63,532 nt of DNA from Myxococcota bacterium (GTDB lineage: Bacteria > Myxococcota_A > UBA9160 > UBA6930), in contig JBFIYM010000001.1 in the NCBI GenBank assembly GCA_041605395.1, positions 1-63,532 of the forward strand. The letters run 5' to 3'. Position 1 is the first letter of the stretch. Every line of letters starts with the position of its first letter. Position numbers and translations under genes: made by a program. Below the pieces are notes generated by a model. That model saw nothing but the letters and a program-made list of their open reading frames with translations. It was not told the origin of the DNA and ran no database searches. This document shows, piece after piece, positions 54,450 to 63,532 of this stretch.

Positions 54450-54549
54450 GACACCTCCCCAGGTGGACCCCAGGTCGGTATCCCGATCGCCCGGAAAGGT
54501 GACGCGGATCGCCCGCACGTGCAGCGCGCGCGCAGCGCGCAGGCAGGGA

Positions 54550-54572
54550 GGACGCGCGCGAGACGCGCGTCC
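54550..54572 (-). terminator. 9-bp GC hairpin downstream of the RRM gene
   Basis: ggacgcgcg-cgaga-cgcgcgtcc, 44 nt past the stop. No U-tract. Confidence 0.35.
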
Positions 54573-54615
54573 GCGTCGACATCAGTGGCGCTGAGGACCC
54601 GTCAGCGAGGCGAGA

Positions 54616-54912
54616 TCAGTAGCGCGCCCCGCGCGAGCCGCGTCCGCCTCCGCCACCCGGGCCGCGCGGCGCGCGCTCGCGCGCCTCGCTCACCCGCAAC
54701 GCACGGCCCCCGAAATCCTTGCCGTTCGCGTTGTTCATGGCGTTGGCCATGTCGGCGTCGTCCATCTCGACGAACCCGAAGCCGCGGGAGCGGCCGGTGT
54801 CCCGGTCGGTCACGACGCTCGCGGAGAGCACCGTGCCGAAGGCGCTGAAGAAGTCCTTCAGCTCCTCGTCCGTCGCACGCCAGGGAAGGTTTCCAACGTA
54901 AAGCTTGCCCAA
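54616..54912 (-). CDS. RRM-type RNA-binding protein (RbpA-like) with Gly/Arg tail
   Basis: RNP2 LYVGNL, RNP1 RGFGFVEM, and a C-terminal RGPGGGGGRGSRGARY. The only in-frame start after the upstream stop is TTG at 54912. Confidence 0.9.
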   Translation of the reverse strand: MGKLYVGNLPWRATDEELKDFFSAFGTVLSASVVTDRDTGRSRGFGFVEMDDADMANAMNNANGKDFGGRALRVSEARERAPRGPGGGGGRGSRGARY

Positions 54913-54929
54913 TGCACTTCACCCGATCA

Positions 54930-55024
54930 CGAGAGAATGGAAGTTGGACACACGGGCACCACTGGCGCCGTGGCCCGTCGGCCCGAAACCGAGGTCGGGA
55001 GCACGATCGAGCGAATGGAGTTGG
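54930..55024 (-). repeat. Duplicated 17-18-nt box in the long RRM-gene leader
   Basis: cgagagaatggaagttgg (54930-54947) and cgagcgaatggagttgg (55008-55024) differ by one mismatch and one indel. They lie in a 214-bp, lower-GC 5' region. Confidence 0.45.
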
Positions 55025-55126
55025 GCTTCAGAGGAGATCTCGGCTGGGCGACCTTCGGACGCTAGCCCCGGGCCACCGCCCCGCAAGCCTGAGGCCGCCG
55101 CCCCCCGACGCCGCGTCCGACCGCGC

Positions 55127-55635
55127 TCAACCCAGCGCGTCGAACGCGGGGTGGTAGCGCACCCAGCCGCGAGCCCCGGCGAGGGCGCCGGGCGCCAGCT
55201 CCTGGACCTGGAAGGCGCTGTCGAAGTCGTGGCTCGCATAGTGGAGCCCATGCGGTGCCGCGAGCTGGAAGCCGAAGCGCCCGTAGTAGCTCGGGTTCCC
55301 GAGCACGAACAGGAGCTGCCAGCCGAGCCCGTGGGCCGAAGCGATGCCGGCCCGGATCAGGGCGCTGCCGACCCCCCGGCCCTGCGCGGCGGGCAGCACG
55401 CCGACCGGCGCCAGCGCGCCCGCGGCCGGGCTCTTCGGGCCGCGCTCGATCGTGACCGCACTGAAGAGGACGTGGCCGACCGGTCGCCCCGCCTCCTCGG
55501 CCACCAGCGAGACGAGGGCCGTGGCCTCGCGGCCGAGCCGGGCGGCCAGGCGCGCCTCGTCGGGGCGGCCGAAGGCGGCCTCGTGGATCGAGAACAGCGC
55601 GTTGGCGTCGCCGGCCTGCGCGGCGCGGATCCGCG

Positions 55636-55639
<4 letters not shown>
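55127..55639 (-). CDS. GNAT family N-acetyltransferase (YhbS-like)
   Basis: [18 protein letters not shown] acetyl-CoA motif. No ATG/GTG/TTG is available near the N-terminus. The best candidate is CTG at 55639, overlapping the fumarase stop (CTGA). Confidence 0.65.
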
Positions 55640-57255
<1,616 letters not shown>

Positions 57256-57280
57256 CGGGAACCTCGACGAGTTCGCGAGT

Positions 57281-58504
57281 CTAGCGGTCGCGGAGCCGGA
57301 CTTCGGCCTCGCGCGCGAGCGCCAGCAGCGCCTCCGCGTCTCCGGCGTCGAAGCGGGCGGCCTCGAGACGCGCCAGCAGCGCCACGTGATCCCGGGAGTC
57401 CCGATCGCTCGCGGCCGTGGCCAGCTCTTCGACGGCCCGGCCGCGCGCGCCGGGCACGGTCGTCTCGAGCGCGTCCCGCAGCGCCCGCGCCGCGGCCGCG
57501 GCGGCTTCGTCGGGCTCGCCCTCCGCCAGCGCCTGGCGGAGCCGCTCGAGCCCGGCCGCGCCGCCCGCCGGTCGCGCGGGTCCGTGCCGCCGGCGCCAGG
57601 CCCAGGCGATGGCGCCCAGCGTGCCGGCTCCCGCGAGCAGGAGCGCCCAGCGCGCTCCCGAGCGGGGCGGGCCGGGCGCGGGCGCCGCCTGCGCGGCCTC
57701 GGGCTCCCCGACGACCGCTGCGGTCGGCGACCCCGTCACGCGGAGCGTGACGGCCGGCGCCCGCGCGACGTCGTAGCGCCCCGTGGCGGGATCGAAGTAG
57801 GGGACCCGGACCTCGGGGACGGTGAGCGTGCCCGCGCGCCGGGGCACCAGGTCGAAGCCGAAGTAGCGTCGCAGGGCGAGGCGCCGGCCGCTGTCCCGGG
57901 CAAGCTCCGCGGGCCGGTCGAAGAGCTCGGCCTCGTCCGCTCGGAAGACGCCGGCGAAGGGCGGGGGGGCGGCCCACACGTTGGTCTCGCCCTCGACGAC
58001 GACCGCCACCGACGCCGACTCGCCGAGTGCGACACGATCGGGTGTCACCCGCAGGCGCACCTCGACGGGGCCGATCAGGCCCTGCCAGCCGGCCGGCCGA
58101 CCCGCAACGGGCGGCTCCTGCGCCACGAACTCGCTAGCGGGAAGGGAGACCCGCTGCACGCGACCGGCGCTCTCGCAGACGAGCTGTGCCGCCGGGAGCG
58201 TGAGCGCGCCAGAGCGGGCGGGGAACAACACGCGACGCTCCTCCTCGAGCGTCGCCCCTTCGCTCGTCCCCGGCCCGGTGCGACTCGGGATCCACTCCGC
58301 TCGGAACGCGGGGAACGACGGGCTCACCTCCCAGCGCAGGTCCACCACGTCGCGACGACGTTCGATCTGCACGCGATGGAGCACCGGTTGCCCCACGAAC
58401 CCGGCGCTCGGCTCGAGGACCAGCCGGGCACCGCACAGGGGCAGCTCGGCGCTCGCGCTCGTGGCCACCCACAGGAGAGCGGCCGCCGACCACGCACGCC
58501 TCAC
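57281..58504 (-). CDS. batD: BatD-like (oxygen-tolerance family) protein
   Basis: Last gene of the Bat-type operon. Signal peptide, beta-rich ectodomain, a single TM ([18 protein letters not shown]) and a cytoplasmic helical tail. The GTG at 58504 overlaps the upstream stop (GTGA). Confidence 0.65.
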   Translation of the reverse strand: MRRAWSAAALLWVATSASAELPLCGARLVLEPSAGFVGQPVLHRVQIERRRDVVDLRWEVSPSFPAFRAEWIPSRTGPGTSEGATLEEERRVLFPARSGALTLPAAQLVCESAGRVQRVSLPASEFVAQEPPVAGRPAGWQGLIGPVEVRLRVTPDRVALGESASVAVVVEGETNVWAAPPPFAGVFRADEAELFDRPAELARDSGRRLALRRYFGFDLVPRRAGTLTVPEVRVPYFDPATGRYDVARAPAVTLRVTGSPTAAVVGEPEAAQAAPAPGPPRSGARWALLLAGAGTLGAIAWAWRRRHGPARPAGGAAGLERLRQALAEGEPDEAAAAAARALRDALETTVPGARGRAVEELATAASDRDSRDHVALLARLEAARFDAGDAEALLALAREAEVRLRDR

Positions 58505-60201
58505 CACTGCGGCCCCGTGCGTGCGCCCCCTTTCTCTTCGAGCGCGGCCTGGAACGCGGAGCGGGGACGGTCCTCGACCGCGTCGAGCCACCGCGAGATC
58601 TCCTCGGGGCTCAAGGGCGCCGGCTTCCGGGGCAGCGCGGGGGGGCTCTCCTCGGGGGGCTGCGGCTCCGTCGCATCCGGCACCGGGGCTTCCGGCTCGG
58701 GTTCGCCTCGCGCGTCGTCCTGCGGCGCCGCGTCGTCCGGCTCGTCGCTCCGGGTCGGGCTCGGGACGGGCGGGGGCGGTTCGGCTTCGAGCGCGCGTAG
58801 GGCCCACTCGAGGTTGAACTTGGCGTCGCGGTCGCCGGGCGCGGACGCCGTCGCATCGAGGAAGGCGTCGCGCGCGCCGGCGAAGTCGCCGGCCTCGAGC
58901 AGCGCCACACCCAGGTCGTAGCTCGCGAGCGCGGCCTCCTCGCGGGTCTTCGCGCGCACCGCGGCCGCCGCGAAGGCTCGCGCGGCCTCCGCCGGATCGC
59001 CGGCCCGCGCGCGGGCGAGGCCGAGGGCGACGAGCAGGGTGGCGTCCTCGGGCGCGTCGCGCACGTGGGCCTCGAGCTCCTCGATCTCGGCCGGAGTCGC
59101 CCCGACCAGCAGGGCCGCGAGTCCGAGCGCCGGAAGCCGCGCCGCGAGGCGCCGCAGCCGGCCCGTGTTCACGATGCGCCGCAGCCGGCCCGTGTCCACG
59201 AGGCGCCGCAGCCGGCTTGTGTCCACGATGCGCCGCAACCGGCGCGTGTCCGCGAGCGCCTCGAGTGCGAGGAGCAGAAAGGCCAGCCCCGCGAAGACGC
59301 CGGCATGGGTCACGGGCAGCTCGCGGCGAATCGTGCCGCCCGGCCCCGGAGTCAATCCGTGCCGGACCGCTTCGACGAGCGCGTCCGGACCGAAGGCGCC
59401 CCACGCGTCGGCGACCAGCAGCGAGCCGCCGCTCGCCTCGGCCAGGCGCTCGAAGCCCCGCGTCTCCCGCCGCGAGGTAACGACGTTGCCGCTCGGGTCC
59501 CGGAGCACGCCGCCGGTCAGCGCGATCGGGCTCCCCGCCTCGCTGCCGATTGCCCCCGCCACGACGCGCACGCCGGAGCGCCGCAGGCGCGCGAGGTCGG
59601 CGTCGGCGATGCGGTGGCCCCGTTCTCCGTCGCCGAGCGCCACGATCACACCGGGGCGAAGGCTCCGCGGGTCGAACGCGTCGAGTGCGGCGACGACGCC
59701 CCGCGCCAGCTCGGAGCCGCGGTCGCTCATCATCTGGGTGTCGAGCGCCGGGAGCATCTCGGCGAGCGCGTTGTGGTCGGACGTGAGCGGCGTCAGCAGG
59801 GCGGCGTGGCCCGCGAACACGGCGAGGGCCGCGCGGTCGCCGGGCCCGAGACGTCGCAGCAACGCGAGCGCGGCCTCGCGTGCCCGCACCAGGCGGCTCG
59901 GCGGCGTGTCCGTCGCATCCATGCTGCGCGATACGTCGAGCAGCAGCACGACGTCGATGCCGTGGCCGGGGACCTCGACGCTCCGGGTTCCGAAGCGGGG
60001 ACCGAGCAGCGCCACGGCCAGCGCGAGCGCAGCGCCGAGCAGCAGCCCGTCGCGCAGCGCGCCGGCGCTCGCCTGCCGGGCGCCGAGCGCCGCCAGCAGC
60101 GCGCGCGCCCGCCACACGGCGAGCCCGCTCGCGAGCGCGAGGGCGAGCCAGCCGCCGAGCAGGAGAGGGGCCCACGTCGGGTGGGTCAGCCCCTCGCTCA
60201 C
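58501..60201 (-). CDS. batB: BatB-BatC fusion: TM + von Willebrand factor A domain + TM + 4x nonapeptide repeat + TM + TPR domain + acidic/Pro-rich tail
   Basis: The MIDAS motif DVVLLLDVSRSMD lies in a VWA fold. This is followed by DTRRLRRIV x4, then TPR-like helices (LGLARARAGDPAEAARAF..., YDLGVALLEAGDFAGARDAF). The GTG at 60201 overlaps the batA stop. Confidence 0.8.
   Translation of the reverse strand: MSEGLTHPTWAPLLLGGWLALALASGLAVWRARALLAALGARQASAGALRDGLLLGAALALAVALLGPRFGTRSVEVPGHGIDVVLLLDVSRSMDATDTPPSRLVRAREAALALLRRLGPGDRAALAVFAGHAALLTPLTSDHNALAEMLPALDTQMMSDRGSELARGVVAALDAFDPRSLRPGVIVALGDGERGHRIADADLARLRRSGVRVVAGAIGSEAGSPIALTGGVLRDPSGNVVTSRRETRGFERLAEASGGSLLVADAWGAFGPDALVEAVRHGLTPGPGGTIRRELPVTHAGVFAGLAFLLLALEALADTRRLRRIVDTSRLRRLVDTGRLRRIVNTGRLRRLAARLPALGLAALLVGATPAEIEELEAHVRDAPEDATLLVALGLARARAGDPAEAARAFAAAAVRAKTREEAALASYDLGVALLEAGDFAGARDAFLDATASAPGDRDAKFNLEWALRALEAEPPPPVPSPTRSDEPDDAAPQDDARGEPEPEAPVPDATEPQPPEESPPALPRKPAPLSPEEISRWLDAVEDRPRSAFQAALEEKGGARTGPQW
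59149..59256. repeat. In-frame 27-bp tandem repeat x4 inside the batB-batC fusion
   Basis: Units begin at 59149, 59176, 59203 and 59230 (gcgccgcagccggcccgtgtccacgag and variants). They encode (D/N)T(R/S/G)RLRR(I/L)(V/A). Confidence 0.85.
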
Positions 60202-61277
60202 GGCAGGCGGCGCGCCGCGACGCGCGCCATCAGGATCTCGAGGCTGAGCAGCACGCCGGCCAGGGCCAGGGCCGGCTCGGGTGCGGGGGTGCGCCCGGCG
60301 GGGCCCGGCGCCTCGCGACGCACGCGCTCCAGGCGATCGATCGCCTCGTAGACCACCGTGAGGTCCGCCGAGCTGCGCGCCTCGAAGAACTGCCCCCCGC
60401 TGCGGCTCGCGATCGCGGTGAGGGTGGGCCGATCGAGATCGTGGCGCTCGGTCTGGAGCGCGCGCCCGCCGCGCCTCGTCGCCATCGCGACCTCGCCCTC
60501 CCCGCCGATGCCGACGGTGTGGACGCGGACGCCGAGCTGCGCAGCGAGCTGGGACGCGACGTCCGGCGGCACCGTCCCGGCGTTCGAACGTCCGTCCGTG
60601 AGCAGGACGACGACCTGCCCCGCGCGGCTCATGCGGCCCGGAAGGGGCGTGAGCGACCCGGCGTCCCGTTCCGCGTCGCGGGGAACCACGAGCCGTTCGA
60701 CGCCGAGCGCGAGCGCATCGCCGAGGGCCGTGGCTTCCCCCGCCATGCCGGCCTCGACCCGGTCGAGCGCGGCGGCCAGCAGCCCGCCGTCCCGGGTCAG
60801 CGGGCAGAGCGTGAAGGCGTGCTCGCCGAACACCACCAGCGCGACCCGGTCGCCCTGCGCCACGCGATGGCGTGCGAAGCGCGCCACCACCTCGCGCGCG
60901 AGCTCGAGCCGCGTGCGAGGGCTCCCGGCGACCCGCGCGTCGAGCGCGCGCATGCTGCCGGAGCCGTCGAGCACCAGCACCAGGTCGAGCCCCTCCTCGG
61001 TCGGGTGCGAGGCCGGCGGCGGACCGAGCGGGCCGGCGAGCGCTGCAGCCAGGGCGAGAAGCGCCCCCGCGCGGAGCGCCAGCGCGAGCAGCCGCACCGG
61101 GTCGAGCCGCCAGGCGCCGCTCGCCCGCACCTCGGGCGATGCCGGCCAGGCGAGGGCGGTCGGCCTGGCGCGAAGTGCGCACCCCACGACGACCGCCGCA
61201 AGCCCGGCGAGCCCGATCCCGAGCGCCGGCGCCGCAAAGCCCGTGACCTCGGTGAGGAGTGCCAGCCACTCGCTCAC
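60198..61277 (-). CDS. batA: BatA-like von Willebrand factor A domain membrane protein
   Basis: N-terminal TMs, the MIDAS motif DLVLVLDGSGSM, VVLLTDGRSN, and a C-terminal TM. The GTG at 61277 overlaps the upstream stop. Confidence 0.85.
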   Translation of the reverse strand: MSEWLALLTEVTGFAAPALGIGLAGLAAVVVGCALRARPTALAWPASPEVRASGAWRLDPVRLLALALRAGALLALAAALAGPLGPPPASHPTEEGLDLVLVLDGSGSMRALDARVAGSPRTRLELAREVVARFARHRVAQGDRVALVVFGEHAFTLCPLTRDGGLLAAALDRVEAGMAGEATALGDALALGVERLVVPRDAERDAGSLTPLPGRMSRAGQVVVLLTDGRSNAGTVPPDVASQLAAQLGVRVHTVGIGGEGEVAMATRRGGRALQTERHDLDRPTLTAIASRSGGQFFEARSSADLTVVYEAIDRLERVRREAPGPAGRTPAPEPALALAGVLLSLEILMARVAARRLP

Positions 61278-62242
61278 GGCGTACTTCCGGCGCCCGCGAC
61301 CCAGGCCAGGGTGCGTCCGATGGCGGCTCGCGTGCGGGCCTCGGCATCGGGCCCGCGCGGGGGGAAGCGGAGGTCGTCGAGCTCGCGGACCAGTGCGACG
61401 AAGCCCTCGTAGCGCGAGGCCAGGGCGGGCGGGGCCGGTCGCGCCGCGAGCTCCTCGACGGTGGCCGCGCGCAGCTCCGGGCTGCGGCCCCGCTCGGCCG
61501 CCCAATCCCGCAGCGCCAGGCTCGCGAGGTTCGCGGCGTGCACCGGGTCGCCCGCGACTGCGGCCGCTCGGCGAAGGGCCGCGAGGGCCTGCGCCGTCTG
61601 CCCGGTCGGCGGCGGCGGGACGCCACCCGGCGCGGGCGCGGTCTCGCCGCTTCGTGCGCGCCGCACCCACGAGGCCAGCCCCACCGCGCCGAGCGTGAAG
61701 AGCGCGCCGACCAGGGCCGGGAGCCAGGGCCCGGTTCGCGAGCCGTTCGGGCGGCGCGGCTCACGATACGAGAAGAAGCTCTGCCGCTCGGGATGCTCGG
61801 CGAGTAGCGAGACCACCGAGAAGGGCCGCGCCGGAACGCTCAGCACGTGCTGGGCGCCGTCCGGCCCCTCGACGGCAAGCTCGAGGGCCGGCCAATGAAA
61901 GGAGCCGACCGCGCGGGCCCGCGCGCGGAAGCGCTGGTGGTGCACCCAGCGTCCCGGTTGACGATCCACCTCCGGACGTTCGGCGTCGAGGATCCAGAGT
62001 CCGTCGATCGCCTTCGGGACCGGGGCCGTCGGCACCTGGTGGTCCGGGGGCGTGATCACCGCGATCTCGACCTGGAAGGCGTCGCCGACCTCGATGCGCG
62101 GCGGTTCGATCACGACGGTCGCGGAGAGCTGCGCGGGGAGCGCCGTCTCCTGGGCTTCGCCGTGGGCGCGCTGCGCGTCGAGCGCGGCCCACGCCAGCGC
62201 GGCGGCCAGGAGCGCCGCGCCGCACCGCCCGGGCGCGCGCAT
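61274..62242 (-). CDS. Hypothetical membrane protein in the DUF4381 position of the Bat operon (BatD-like ectodomain + TM + DUF4381-like tail)
   Basis: Signal peptide, beta-rich domain, TM PWLPALVGALFTLGAVGLASWV, then a helical tail. It lies between the DUF58 gene and batA, where DUF4381 genes usually sit. Confidence 0.55.
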   Translation of the reverse strand: MRAPGRCGAALLAAALAWAALDAQRAHGEAQETALPAQLSATVVIEPPRIEVGDAFQVEIAVITPPDHQVPTAPVPKAIDGLWILDAERPEVDRQPGRWVHHQRFRARARAVGSFHWPALELAVEGPDGAQHVLSVPARPFSVVSLLAEHPERQSFFSYREPRRPNGSRTGPWLPALVGALFTLGAVGLASWVRRARSGETAPAPGGVPPPPTGQTAQALAALRRAAAVAGDPVHAANLASLALRDWAAERGRSPELRAATVEELAARPAPPALASRYEGFVALVRELDDLRFPPRGPDAEARTRAAIGRTLAWVAGAGSTP

Positions 62243-63237
62243 CACACGCGGGCCCCGCGCCGGCGCAGGGCGCGCTCGACGAAGAAGCGTCCGAGCTCGC
62301 GCAGGGGGTCGGCGTCGGTCGGAAGCGCCAGCCAGTCGGCGCCGTCACCGCGCAAGCGACGCTCGAGCCGGCGCGCCCGCAGCTCGGCCGCGACCGCGTA
62401 GCGTTCGCGCGCCGCCCGCGAGCGGCTCCGCAGCAGCCGCCGCCCGCCACCGGCCTCGGGGTCGGCGACCCAGGCGGCCGGCAGGCGCGCGAGCTTCCGC
62501 TCCGCCGGGTCCACCACCCACCCGACGACGAGATCGTGGCGATGCGCCACGCTCCCGAGCGCCGCGCGCAGACCGTCGGCGTCCCGGTCCTCCGCGAGCA
62601 GCGCCTCATCGCGCAGGTCGGAGAGCACGAACACGATGGCGCGCCGTCGCACGCGCTCCGCTACCCGCCGGAGCACGGGTGCCAGCGCGGTTCGTCCCCG
62701 GGCGCTCGCGCCGGTTGCGACCAGCTGCCGGAGCACCTGGAGGCCGTGCGCCTGCCCGCGGCCCGGCCGGATCTCGTCGCGCACGTCGTCGTCGAAGGTC
62801 CAGAGGGCGACCCGATCCCGCGCCTGGGCCGCCGCGGCCGCCAGCAGGGCGGCGCTGCGCACGGCGACCGCCAGCTTCGACGGGCCGCGGCTCCCGAAGC
62901 CCATCGAGGCGGAGCGGTCGACGAGCAGCAGCAGGCTCTGGTCGCGCTCCTCGCGGTGGTGCTTCACGTAGGTCTGTCCGGTGCGCGCGAGGGCGTTCCA
63001 GTCGATCGAGCGCACGTCGTCGCCCGGCACGTAGGGGCGCGACTCCTCGAACTCGATGCCGCCTCCGCGGAACGCGCTGCGGTAGCCGCCGGCCAGGGCG
63101 CCCGCGACCTCGCGCCGGCTGCGCAGCTGGAGCGTCCGCGCCGCACGCGCGAGGTCGCTCGCTTCGGGAGCCCACGTCGCGCCGAGCTGGAGGAGCGACG
63201 CGTCCCGCGTCGCAGGGAGGAGCGACGCGTCCCGCAT
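62242..63237 (-). CDS. DUF58 domain-containing protein (MoxR partner)
   Basis: GGYRSAFRGGGIEFEESRPYVPGDDVRSIDWNALAR is the DUF58 signature, followed by a VWA-like LLLLVDRSASM. The start region GTGATG overlaps the MoxR stop. Confidence 0.85.
   Translation of the reverse strand: MRDASLLPATRDASLLQLGATWAPEASDLARAARTLQLRSRREVAGALAGGYRSAFRGGGIEFEESRPYVPGDDVRSIDWNALARTGQTYVKHHREERDQSLLLLVDRSASMGFGSRGPSKLAVAVRSAALLAAAAAQARDRVALWTFDDDVRDEIRPGRGQAHGLQVLRQLVATGASARGRTALAPVLRRVAERVRRRAIVFVLSDLRDEALLAEDRDADGLRAALGSVAHRHDLVVGWVVDPAERKLARLPAAWVADPEAGGGRRLLRSRSRAARERYAVAAELRARRLERRLRGDGADWLALPTDADPLRELGRFFVERALRRRGARV
63189..63235. repeat. 20-bp perfect direct repeat, 27-bp period, at the 5' end of the DUF58 gene
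   Basis: ggaggagcgacgcgtcccgc occurs at 63189-63208 and 63216-63235. It duplicates the peptide RDASLL. Each copy contains the short palindrome gcgacgc/gcgtcgc. Confidence 0.8.
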
Positions 63238-63532
63238 CACGGCAGCTCGACGGCCGCCAGCAGGGCGGTGACCACGTGCTCCGAGCGGATCCCGTCGGCC
63301 TCGGCCTCGTAGGTGAGCAGCAGGCGGTGGCGCAGCACGTCGGGCGCCACGCGCTTCACGTCGTGAGGCGTGGTGTAGCTGCGGCCCTCGAGCAGGGCGT
63401 GCGCGCGGGCCGCCCGCACCAGGAACAGCGTCGCCCGCGGCGAGGCGCCGACGCCGACGACGCCGGCCGCGGCGCGTCGCTCGGGCTCCAGGAGCGTCGC
63501 CCCGGCGAGGTCGGGCTCGCGGGTGGCGCGCA
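63237..63532 (-). CDS. moxR: MoxR-family AAA+ ATPase, C-terminal fragment; 5' end lies outside the window
   Basis: The frame is open to the window edge. GASPRATLFLVRAARAHALLEGRSYTTPHDVKRVAPDVLRHRLLL is the conserved MoxR C-terminal lid. Confidence 0.85.
   Translation of the reverse strand, partial: RATREPDLAGATLLEPERRAAAGVVGVGASPRATLFLVRAARAHALLEGRSYTTPHDVKRVAPDVLRHRLLLTYEAEADGIRSEHVVTALLAAVELP

Noticed and set aside
59149-59256. Possible CRISPR array, suggested by regular short repeats (also considered for 6303-6368)
   Set aside because: The repeats are contiguous with no unique spacers. There are only 3-4 units. One set is in-frame coding sequence. No cas genes are present in the window.
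58501-61764. 1087-aa ORF that looks like one huge protein
   Set aside because: Only the last 566 codons (from GTG 60201) read as a coherent VWA+TPR protein. Upstream of that the frame is Arg/Pro junk overlapping batA and its neighbour, which sit in another frame and are joined by GTGA overlaps.

Overview
This is a very GC-rich bacterial chromosomal segment. Third codon positions are almost all G/C, so the six-frame track is full of spurious long Arg/Ala/Pro-rich ORFs on wrong strands and frames. I resolve about 64 densely packed protein-coding genes. Many are joined by 4-nt GTGA-type stop/start overlaps. I saw no rRNA, tRNA or CRISPR array.

Recognisable content, left to right:
- ggt, then a crotonase/SDR/DUF3604 group, lutABC, hslO, rmuC and a PspC-domain gene.
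- One apparently intact IS1-like insertion sequence with terminal inverted repeats and a 12-bp flanking direct repeat.
- traB, dapF and htpX.
- A stand-alone sigma-54 activator AAA+ core.
- An ATL-Mug DNA-repair fusion.
- A lactonase / HCCA-isomerase / MFS / aidB group, PhoD and an ethanolamine-type permease.
- An MBL-hydrolase / amidohydrolase / SDR / Ntn-acylase group.
- Two tandem reprolysin-like metalloproteases, an RRM RNA-binding protein and class I fumarase.
- A MoxR-DUF58-BatA-BatB/C-BatD aerotolerance-type operon that runs off the right edge.

Gene content suggests a Myxococcota/deltaproteobacteria-like or related environmental lineage. I cannot establish that without a database search.

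I did not find a clear, self-contained novel multi-gene system; there is no defence-like nuclease/helicase/methylase module. The items most worth follow-up are:
- The ATL-Mug fusion.
- The domain-minimal sigma-54 activator with its secreted and membrane-LuxR neighbours.
- The lower-GC patch at 34.2-36.8 kb, with an orphan 830-bp region holding an RRM-gene remnant.
- A membrane protein with a CxxC...HGICxxC tail.
- A ClpX-zinc-finger/HTH mini-protein with a three-site operator.
- 22-bp phased repeats upstream of the DUF3604 gene.
- An in-frame 27-bp x4 repeat inside a BatB-BatC fusion.

All family assignments come from motif recognition by eye and need HMM/BLAST confirmation.
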